The position numbers and the translations under genes were made by a program. The notes under the pieces were generated by a model that saw nothing but the letters and a program-made list of their open reading frames with translations, was not told the origin of the DNA and ran no database searches. A stretch of DNA of 64,000 nucleotides, taken from the NCBI GenBank assembly GCA_002305085.1, contig DBQE01000021.1, forward strand, positions 68,831 to 132,830. The letters are read 5' to 3'. Below, piece by piece: positions 39,071 through 48,300 of this stretch. The DNA comes from Bacteroidales bacterium UBA1402. GTDB taxonomy: Bacteria; Bacteroidota; Bacteroidia; Bacteroidales; UBA1402. Position 1 is the first letter of the stretch; every line of letters starts with the position of its first letter.

Positions 39071-40867
39071 TTATTCTTGTAAGAGCCCTTTGCTGAATTG
39101 GTACACTTTTATAAGGTTTCCGTCGGAATCCCAATGAGTAGACGGCCCTTCGGCCACGTATCCGAAGAAGGCTCGATTCAGGTCTCTGGCCTGAGGCCGG
39201 ATATTCCAGGTGGATTCTACCTTCTTGTTGCCATTCGGCCAGTACTGAGTCCAGACTCCTGTATTAGTAAGCAAATCGCGTTGCCATTTCCATTCAAGCT
39301 TCCCCTCTTTATCGTAATAAAGCTCTTCGCCCGATTTGCGGCCGTTTTCATAGACTGCCACGTGCTGAATCGCACCGTTTTCGTAATAATCGGTCGTCTC
39401 ACCGTGCAATAAATACCGGCCATTGGGGCAAATGCGTGCACTCCAGGCCGACTTTAACCGGCCGTCTTTATAAGTTTCGGTAAAGCTCTTTACTTCGCCA
39501 CCATCCGATTCCGGGGTAATATCAGCCAGATCGGACCATATCCAGGCTTCGTTCAGTTCGTAGTGAATGGGAGGAAAGTTGGCCGTGGTCAGAATATGAA
39601 TAACACCATTGGGTGCCTGACGTGCGGTTGAATAGCCCAACGATCCGTGCGGAGGACGATGCCGTTGCGGCAATTGAACCGGAAGCGGTTTAATATGCCA
39701 GGTTTCTCCATTGTCTTTGGAAATGGCAACTACGGCATTGTTCCCGAATTCCCAGCCGGCCGGCGGAGCGATATTTTTTTTGTGCATGTAGGAATCGGTC
39801 ACATAAAACAAACAACCCGAAGCCAGACGTATCATAGAAGGACGCTGGGCGGTACCTAAGGGCGGGAAGGGTGAAGACGTTCCTTCTTCCCAGCTTACGC
39901 CCCAGTCGTGCGAAATGTTCCGAACATTCCAACCCTCGATATCGGCGTTTTTTCCACCCTGTGCAAGCAGAGTGCCTTTATCGTCGAGGGGTAGTATGGT
40001 CGAATGGCGGCTGCCGGTTCTTCCACCTTTATCTTTCCAGCTTTTTCCCTCATCGGCGCTGTACCACAAAAAACTTTCACTCCCGTCTCCGTCGCAAACC
40101 ATATATATTCCACCTTGGGGATCACGGAAAGCATTTACTACCGGCTGAGCCGTATAGTCCGTTGCTGCCGTATCAAGCTGAGGAACAGAAAAAGTCCACG
40201 AGGCACCGTTGTCCGTCGAAACAGCTATTCTGAAGGGAACATAATCAGAGATATATCTGCCTCCTCCGAAAAACCAAATTTTGCCCATGTCGTTCCATAG
40301 CAAACCGGATTGGTCGTTACCAAACTGTGTATCAAAAAAGACTTCGGGCATATCCCAGTCTTCCGAGCCGTGACGAAGCCTGGCCTGAACAAAGGTGGCA
40401 GCCGTGTCGCTCTCGCTCTTCCCGGCCGGCGAACTGAAAAACACAGCCAGGGCATCGCCGTTGGGCATAATCTCAAACCCCGGCGAATGGTTGTGGTGAT
40501 ACACTCCGTGTTCTAATCCCGCAAGTGTGCCCACCTCGAAAGGGGTGTATGCAGGAGGAATCGGAACAGCAAAACGCACGGTAAAATAAGGCAGTTTTGC
40601 ATCCGGTCCATAAGCCGCCTGCTCGTTGGTTTGTTTTACAACAGACTGATTGAAAGGCACTCTGTCTTTTTCGGCAATAACAAAATGAATCAGGTTTGCC
40701 GAATCGCCCAAAGCAATGGTATTTTCGCCGGCTCTAAATTGAGAGGCCTTTATATACAGCGTGTCTTGCCGTAAATGCGCCCACTGCTTGCTTTTAGTCG
40801 GGGAACATCCTGTTGTACAGATTATTAAGACGGACAGAATTCCCATGGATTGAAAGAGAAGTTTCAT
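39071..40867 (-). CDS. Sialidase-fold (BNR/Asp-box) beta-propeller protein with C-terminal MORN-variant (YwqK-like) repeats; substrate unknown
   Basis: Lipoprotein-like signal (...IICTTGCSP). Four Asp-boxes: STDNGASW, SADEGKSW, SHDWGVSW, SKDNGETW. The C-terminal ~140 aa carries G-x-repeats (NGRYLLHGETTDYYENGAIQHVAVYENGRKSGEELYYDKEGKL..., WTQYWPNGNKKVES...). Confidence 0.65.
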   Translation of the reverse strand: MKLLFQSMGILSVLIICTTGCSPTKSKQWAHLRQDTLYIKASQFRAGENTIALGDSANLIHFVIAEKDRVPFNQSVVKQTNEQAAYGPDAKLPYFTVRFAVPIPPAYTPFEVGTLAGLEHGVYHHNHSPGFEIMPNGDALAVFFSSPAGKSESDTAATFVQARLRHGSEDWDMPEVFFDTQFGNDQSGLLWNDMGKIWFFGGGRYISDYVPFRIAVSTDNGASWTFSVPQLDTAATDYTAQPVVNAFRDPQGGIYMVCDGDGSESFLWYSADEGKSWKDKGGRTGSRHSTILPLDDKGTLLAQGGKNADIEGWNVRNISHDWGVSWEEGTSSPFPPLGTAQRPSMIRLASGCLFYVTDSYMHKKNIAPPAGWEFGNNAVVAISKDNGETWHIKPLPVQLPQRHRPPHGSLGYSTARQAPNGVIHILTTANFPPIHYELNEAWIWSDLADITPESDGGEVKSFTETYKDGRLKSAWSARICPNGRYLLHGETTDYYENGAIQHVAVYENGRKSGEELYYDKEGKLEWKWQRDLLTNTGVWTQYWPNGNKKVESTWNIRPQARDLNRAFFGYVAEGPSTHWDSDGNLIKVYQFSKGLLQE

Positions 40868-40906
40868 AGGAAATGTTTTTTGTTTTTAACCACACAAACG
40901 CCCCTG

Positions 40907-42199
40907 TCACGCCCGTTCCTTGGCAATCTGCTCCAAGGATTTTCCCGAAGTATCCGGCATAAAGAAGAAGCCAACAGAGCCGCTGATCAAAAGGAAGACC
41001 GACAATAGGGCTGCCACCGGGCCGATACCGGTTTTGGCCAAAATCGGCACAAAGAAGCTCCAGACCCCGAGTATCGTCCGGCTTATACCAAAGGTTATAC
41101 CCTGTGCCGTACCTCTAAGCATAGTCGGGAAAAGTTCCTGGCTGAACACCTTGTAGAAAGCTTCGCCGGCCAGTGCACCGCCGGAAGAAAACATCAGAAT
41201 ATTGGCGATTATAACCGGAATGGTAAAGGGCAAAAAGAGGAACAAACTATAAGCTACTACCTGCATCACGGCCCCAATGCCCCAAAGCAATTTTCTGGTT
41301 TTAAAATTCCGGTCGGAATAACGCATAAAAACCAAAGAGGTTACTATTATGGAAATAATAAAACCTGCGCTCGAAAGGCCAACGCTGAGAGCCTGCGAAG
41401 AACCTGCATTAAGTGTCTTAATAATGTAAGGGTTAAAAATACCTGCCGTACCTGCCGCCAGGTTCCAGAAAAGATAAATAGTGGCCGTATAAGCCATTCC
41501 TCTTAAATTGGAGCCTTTCAAAAGTAAGCGAAGCTGGCTGCCTTTGGTTTTAGCAGCTTTAGTCCAGCGGGCCGATTCAGACAGGCTGCGCCTCAAATAC
41601 CAGGTAACCAAGGCCACCACAAATAAATGCAAAAAAACAATGCGAATACCCGTAACTCCCAGGTCTGCCAAAAACATAGCCAACCAGAGCACCACCACAG
41701 GGCCGAAAGACCAGGCCACCTGTGTAAAGCCGAGCAGTTTGCCGCGCGCCTTATCGGGAGCCACCTCGCCCACAAAGGCCAGTGAGGTGGGTACGTCGGC
41801 ACCGACGGCTACTCCTACTATGAAGGTGCCGACAAACAACATGGTGGCATTGAAGCAGAAAGTAATCAATAAGACTCCAAAAGCATAAACCAATAAATCT
41901 ATTTGATAAATGCGTTTACGGCCCCATTTGTCGCCCAACCTTCCGCCAATAATAGAGCCGATGGCACAGCCTATGGCGTTGGGTCCGATGGCTGCCAACA
42001 AACCCACAGCACTGTTTGACAAATTTAGGTATTCTTGAAACAAGGCCAGCCCCGCTCCCAGTGCCACAATTGAACCGGCATCCAGGTAAGAAGCCATTCC
42101 CGCCAACGCAGAGGCTTTCCATTGTTCTTTAGTAATTTTTTCCGGATGGGAGTGATTCTCCTTCAACTCAACAAGATCCTTGTTACTTGCTCCTGACAT
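40907..42199 (-). CDS. MFS transporter (sugar-porter-like)
   Basis: 430 aa with about 12 TM helices. The MFS signature GGRLGDKWGRKR lies between TM2 and TM3. Located between the sialidase-fold gene and GH78. Confidence 0.8.
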   Translation of the reverse strand: MSGASNKDLVELKENHSHPEKITKEQWKASALAGMASYLDAGSIVALGAGLALFQEYLNLSNSAVGLLAAIGPNAIGCAIGSIIGGRLGDKWGRKRIYQIDLLVYAFGVLLITFCFNATMLFVGTFIVGVAVGADVPTSLAFVGEVAPDKARGKLLGFTQVAWSFGPVVVLWLAMFLADLGVTGIRIVFLHLFVVALVTWYLRRSLSESARWTKAAKTKGSQLRLLLKGSNLRGMAYTATIYLFWNLAAGTAGIFNPYIIKTLNAGSSQALSVGLSSAGFIISIIVTSLVFMRYSDRNFKTRKLLWGIGAVMQVVAYSLFLFLPFTIPVIIANILMFSSGGALAGEAFYKVFSQELFPTMLRGTAQGITFGISRTILGVWSFFVPILAKTGIGPVAALLSVFLLISGSVGFFFMPDTSGKSLEQIAKERA

Positions 42200-42224
42200 A
42201 CTCTTTTTAATTAAAATTATTGGA

Positions 42225-44927
42225 TTAATTGTTTATTATTGCTTTATGAGCTACAAATTCCCAGCTGCCGGAACCCGCTTCTATGACGAACTGCTTATCC
42301 CCCATTTTTTTAATGCCGGATAAATCTTGTGCTTTCTGGGAATAACTTATTTTTTCCGCCTCCAAATAAATGGTAGCTGTGGTATTGGACGGTATTCTGA
42401 ACTTATATATTATATCATCCCCTTTTATCTCCCAGGACGAGAGCAAAAGTCCGTACATAGTCTGAAGACTTGCTTTGGCATAATTCAATCGCCTGGTGGG
42501 ACAGGGCCTGATGATACTGTGTTTGTAACCCGGTTTCGAAGAATCGATGTTCAGACCGGCCACAGTGCTGTAAAGCCATTGGCCCACCGCACCGTAAGCG
42601 TAGTGGTTGAAAGAATTCATTCCAACGGTTTGAAAAGAACCGTCGGGTTTGATGCCGTCCCAGCGTTCCCAGATGGTGGTTGCTCCCATGGTAACGGGAT
42701 AAAGCCAGGAAGGATAACGTTTATTGAACAATAATTGATAGGCCAGGTCGGGATAGCCGTTGTCGCTCAACACACGGCAAAGTAAGGGAGTACCTAAAAA
42801 ACCGGTGGTCAGGTGACCAAAATAACGGACATCGTCGGCCAGACGTTTTGCCATTGCTTCACGCTCCTCTTCGGGTATCAGGTCAAAACCTAAGGCCAAT
42901 ACATAGGCTGTTTGAGTCCCCGAAACCAATCTTCCGTTTGGAGTAATAAACTCCCGGTGAAAAGCCTCTTTTATCTTGGGCAGAAGGCCGGCATAACGCT
43001 CGGAATCTTCGTTCCGGCCCAGGAGCGAAGCTACCTTGCTCATCAGGGAGGTGGAATAATAAAAATAAGCGGTTGCGATCAGGTCTTTTTCGGTGTGGGC
43101 GCCGGCATAACCGTAATCGGGAGCGTTGTAATTATAGGTGTAATACTCGGCAAAAGACAACCAGTCCCCGAAATGGAAACCATAATCAAAAATATAGCGG
43201 GAACCCGAATGCCTGATCATATATTCCACCCAGGCTTTCATCGATTCGTATTGGTTCTCGAGTATTTGAACGTCTCCGTAGGATTGGTAAACAGTCCATG
43301 GAACGATTACGGCAGCATCTGCCCAGCCCGTACCTCCATATCCGTCGGACCAGCCGGTGCCTCCTCCGCCTTCGAGCACGTTGGGAACCACCCAGGGCAC
43401 GTTACCATCGTCTTTTTGGTCGAGCTGCAAGTCTTTCATCCACTTGGTAAAGAAAGCTCCCGTGTTCATGTTGAAACAGGCAGTGGGAGCGAATGCCTGC
43501 GCATCGCCCGTCCAGCCCATACGCTCATCGCGCTGGGGGCAATCGGTGGGAACATCCAGAAAATTGCCCCGCAAGCCCCATTGAATATTTTGTTGTAAGC
43601 GATTTATTAAAGGATCGGAACACTCAAATTCCCCAATTTTTTCCATATCGCTGTGTACCACACGGCCCTCTACATCGTCGAGGCTGATTTCGCCCGGATA
43701 TTCGCTGACACGCAGGTATCTAAAACCGTGAAAAGTAAAACGAGGCTCGTATTCTTCTATGCCTTCTCCTTTAAAAATATAGACGTCTTCGGCTTTGGCT
43801 ACTCTAAGATTGTCGGTATAAAAGTTGCCTTCCTGATCCAGCACTTCGGCATGGTGCAATACGATGGTCTGTCCACGTTCTCCCTTCAGGCGAAAGCGCA
43901 CCCAGCCCACCAGGTTCTGTCCGAAATCGAATACCAACTCTCCGCGGGGCGTCACAAATTTCTTGACGGGTTTAAGGGTTTCGGTAATTCGGACGGGCTC
44001 TCCTTCCGTTGGAACCAACACTTCGTTCGACTGATTCAGTATAGTGACTTTTTCCCACTTGGAATCATCAAATCCCGGCTCTGCCCAACCGGGGATTTCA
44101 AGCCTCGCATCGTAAAATTCGCCATGATATATCTCCGATTTGAGGAGGGGACCTTTACCGCTTTTCCAGGACGGATCGCTCAAAATCCATTCTTTGGAGC
44201 CGTCTTCGTAGTTAATCTCCAACTGAGTAATCAAGCCGGCCTTATTGCCGTAAAGATTACGTTCACCCTGAAAGCCGAAAAAGCCGCGATACCAACCGTC
44301 ACCAACGATGGCTCCCAGAGCATTCCGGCCTTGCTTCAACAAGGCAGTAAGATCGTACACCTGGTACTGAATGCGTTTACTGTAAGTGGTCCAGCCCGGA
44401 TTGAAATAATCTTTACCCAGCTTCTCCCCGTTTAGATAAAGCTCGTATAAACCAAGAGCCGAGGCATACATCCTGGCCTTGGCCACTCGTTTCTTTACAT
44501 CAAATTCTTTCCTGAAAAAGGGACAAGGATTGGACTGTGATGTAACTTCCTCCCAGCCGGGGGTGATCCAGGCAGCTTTCCATTCGCCGGAAGTCAATAA
44601 GCCCATTTCCCAGTAAGCTGTCTCACCGGAAGTGGCCTGATTGCCCTGATTATCCCATACCGTAACTTGCCAGTAAAGCCTCTGCCCCGAAACCGATTGC
44701 GGTCCCTGATACTCCACAAACACCGACCGGTCGGACGAAACTACACCGCTATCCCACACCAATTGATTGCGTTTTAATGCTTCGGGAGTGGATGCCACCT
44801 TAATTCTGTACGCGGTTTGAAGACTGTTTTCTTTTTCAGTATCCAATCTCCAGGATAGCCTGGGATTGAGGTTTGCAATCCCCAGGGGATTAATTTTGTA
44901 TTCTGTCCTTAAGTTTCTGACATTCAT
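42225..44927 (-). CDS. Alpha-L-rhamnosidase, GH78
   Basis: MNVRNLRTEYKINPLGIANLNPRLSWRL... is the canonical GH78 N-terminus. ...VPTDCPQRDERMGWTGDA... is the (alpha/alpha)6 catalytic motif. 900 aa. Confidence 0.9.
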   Translation of the reverse strand: MNVRNLRTEYKINPLGIANLNPRLSWRLDTEKENSLQTAYRIKVASTPEALKRNQLVWDSGVVSSDRSVFVEYQGPQSVSGQRLYWQVTVWDNQGNQATSGETAYWEMGLLTSGEWKAAWITPGWEEVTSQSNPCPFFRKEFDVKKRVAKARMYASALGLYELYLNGEKLGKDYFNPGWTTYSKRIQYQVYDLTALLKQGRNALGAIVGDGWYRGFFGFQGERNLYGNKAGLITQLEINYEDGSKEWILSDPSWKSGKGPLLKSEIYHGEFYDARLEIPGWAEPGFDDSKWEKVTILNQSNEVLVPTEGEPVRITETLKPVKKFVTPRGELVFDFGQNLVGWVRFRLKGERGQTIVLHHAEVLDQEGNFYTDNLRVAKAEDVYIFKGEGIEEYEPRFTFHGFRYLRVSEYPGEISLDDVEGRVVHSDMEKIGEFECSDPLINRLQQNIQWGLRGNFLDVPTDCPQRDERMGWTGDAQAFAPTACFNMNTGAFFTKWMKDLQLDQKDDGNVPWVVPNVLEGGGGTGWSDGYGGTGWADAAVIVPWTVYQSYGDVQILENQYESMKAWVEYMIRHSGSRYIFDYGFHFGDWLSFAEYYTYNYNAPDYGYAGAHTEKDLIATAYFYYSTSLMSKVASLLGRNEDSERYAGLLPKIKEAFHREFITPNGRLVSGTQTAYVLALGFDLIPEEEREAMAKRLADDVRYFGHLTTGFLGTPLLCRVLSDNGYPDLAYQLLFNKRYPSWLYPVTMGATTIWERWDGIKPDGSFQTVGMNSFNHYAYGAVGQWLYSTVAGLNIDSSKPGYKHSIIRPCPTRRLNYAKASLQTMYGLLLSSWEIKGDDIIYKFRIPSNTTATIYLEAEKISYSQKAQDLSGIKKMGDKQFVIEAGSGSWEFVAHKAIINN

Positions 44928-45346
44928 CGTTATGTTTAATTAATGTTTATCACGGGTAGTTGAAAAATCGGTTCCACATCGAGACGAAAGCTTGCTCCGG
45001 GACTGAAGCAAAGCCTGAATGTCTCTTTCAATGGGCTATCAAATAAAAGAATAGGGCGCAATTTAGAGAAAAGTTTTAAAACATCTCTGCTAAAGATTGC
45101 TAATTGTATTTGTTTTTGATTTACAAGGTTAATTGGCGTATATATTAAATTGGGGACACATCAAAACTTTCTTGCATACAGGGAATTGTTTCTATTAATC
45201 ATCCTTAAAAAATTCTATCCTACCAAAAAGTCGCAATCTTTTATCAATTTTTACCAATAGAAAATTGCCAAAAACCGCTAATTTTACCCAAATTTGTACT
45301 TTACTCTTGATTTGTCAACACGTTTAACTTTTTAATTCTACCTTTT

Positions 45347-48300
45347 ATGAAAAAAATCCTGACTCCTTTATTAACGACCTTATTGTTGTTTTTGGTGGCA
45401 GTACCCAAAGCGGATGCCATCATCACCGATCCCAACGACTACATTATTTACGACAGCGGCATTATGGCCGACTCAGCGCATTGCTCCACCTGGGAGTTCC
45501 CTCCCTTTATGACAATCACCGACAATGTAAGCGTGAAAAAAGTAAACAAGTGGGGGCGTCACAACAATTCTGTTGTCGATTACGGTTATCCTCCCAAAAC
45601 AGACGTTGCCACTTTAAAGGGCAAAGTTGATCTCTGGGGCATAGTTATCGGCCAGGAAAAGGGCTACAGCGGTATCTCCAACACTGCCTTTTTGGAACAA
45701 CCGGAAGAAGAAAGACCTCTTTTTTATGTGAACAGATGGAAGGGAGGCTGGCTTTATGGACGTCCCACCGACTCTATTGTTATCCGTATTCCCACTACCA
45801 GTGACTCAATCTTTATTCAGGGTTGCGGTACGAACTCTTTTTATGCCATTATGGCTTATGAGCTTCATCGCGGAAAAGATTCAGCCTGGTACATCGGCGG
45901 TAACTGGGGGAATGTTTTTAACCTGGGATTCAAACCCAAACACGCTCCCGGCACCGACTCTACGGACATCGTTGTCTTAGGCCCGCACAAAGACTGGTAT
46001 ACGAGTGGTGTGGAATGGCAAGGCAACGCCTTCCAAATGAGATTGGTCAATGCTGCCGATCAAAACGAAGACGGCACGATGAAAAACAAAAAATCGGAAC
46101 GCTGGGGCTTTTTCGAAGGCACCTCCATCAACCGGATCAAAATCTTCGGCCAAATCGAAAAAGGATCCGTTCCTGAATTTGACGGCACCATTGCCGGCTG
46201 GGACTTCTTATACAGGCCCAAAGCGAGCGGAACAGTCGACCTGACCTCTTTTGTTACCGACATAGACGGAGAATGGGAAGCAGATTATTATTCCCTGTAC
46301 GCCTCCGATCTGGGTGTTGTTAGGGGAATGCTCACTGCTTCTTCACCTTCGGATGGCATGCAATTGGGTAAAGATTGCGGTGTAAAAGCCGTTATGATTT
46401 CTCCTGCCGGTAAAAACGACACGGTCGATTTCACCCTGGCCGAAGAGCACGCCAATTATTTCCAGATTGATGTTTCTCTGCAGGATTTCCAGGAAATCAA
46501 CCTGAATTTTGACTTCAACCTACGCGATGCTGCCGACAGTTGTGTTGTGGCTTATGCCGTAGACGGTGCAGATACATTTACCGTTGCCGGAAAATTTGCC
46601 GCTCCCGAAGATTGGGATGGCTTAACTCATGTATCGGTAGATTTGCCCGAACTGACCAATCAAAGCTATGTAACTATCCGTATTCTGCAAAACAACGGAG
46701 CCCTGGATGAAAACGGTCAATTCATACTGGCCAACCTCTCCATAAACGGTTTTGATTACGTAGAACACAAAGAAGGCGCACTCAACGTTGCTTACATCAA
46801 TACTATTGCAGACAGGATTAAAACATTTGACCGTGCTATAACCTCCGACTCTCTGGATAAAGTTATTCTCCCGGCTTTAATGGAAAATTTCAACGTGACC
46901 TACGTTTATCCTGACATATACGCCGGAATAAGCGACAGCGCCGGTGTAAATGCTCTCTTTGCCGATTACGACGTAGTGGTCTTGAGTGAATTCCCCGATG
47001 CCACTTCCGACATTGCCAAAGCATGCAAATATCTCGTTGGCAACAAACCTCTGTTGAACTTAAAGGCAATGACTTACAACAGTAACAGTTGGAATTGGGG
47101 TGTCGCCGGCAATGGCAAATACGATCAGGCCACGCCAGTTGAATTACGCGCCAAAGTTCAGTCGAACATGGTATTCCACCCTGTATTCAAAAATATTGAG
47201 CTTGACAGCCTGAAGGCTTTCAATGTGTTCGATACCTTATTCCTGAGCCGTGGGGCAACATCCAACGACTTCAAAGGCTTGCAAGGCTTTAGCAGCTACA
47301 AAGGTCCTCAGGCATATACGCTGGCTGTAATGGAACAAAGTCCCGACTTGGCTTGTATTCAGGAAATCAACTCCAATCCCGCAGCTAAATATGTGATGAT
47401 CGGACTTTCTGCCGAAAACTACGAAAACGTCAGCGAAGAAGGTGTACAGTTGATTATCAACGCCGTAAATTACATCGGCTCGGGTGATGTATTTGCTGTA
47501 CCCAACTTCAACATGACCTCTTCGGGAGCTACCGTAGAAAATACCGAAGAACTCATAGCAGCTCTGGCTTACGATTACAGCGCTTTAAATCTGGACATCG
47601 TTACCATTAAGCTCAAAAACAGCACAGATGCCTCGGGTGTATACGAAATCGGCAACAGCGGAATGATTTTCCCGCGTTCGTCCAACGATTTGGTATTGCA
47701 GCCCGCTAGCGGAGCAACTCCCAGCATCTGGGGACGTTTTTATGCAACGAATGGTATGAAGCTGAACAACCTGACCTTCAAGAACCTGACCTGGGACGGT
47801 GGAAATACGGCTTTGGCCAACTACGACAATGCCTCTTACGAGCCCTTCTATTTCAATAAGGCCGACACCCTTACCGGCGGCATTACCGTTGAGAATTGTA
47901 CGTTCAAGAATTTCAACAGCACAAGCGTTATGAAAACCGACAATTGTGCAGGAGCTCTTATCAATGCCGTAGTTTTCAGAGGCAACCTCTTCGAAAACAT
48001 AGGAGGAAGTAAAGCCTCAGGTGTTGACGGTCCTACTTTGATCGAATTCTCTGATGCTGCCAACTATCAATGCGACAGTCTGTTGTTCAGCAAGAACATC
48101 GTTAAGAACTTCCACGGTAACCACCTGTTCAATATCCCGAGAAAGGGAACTACCGCTGAATACGATTCCGTATGGCCAAACTTCTCAGTAGTCATTGCCA
48201 ACAACATCTTCTACAAGCTTGGAGGTAACGCTACCGCCAACAAGCACTTCTTGATTTACAACGGAGCGCTGGGCGGTCTTAATGCAAAAGTTAAGATCAA

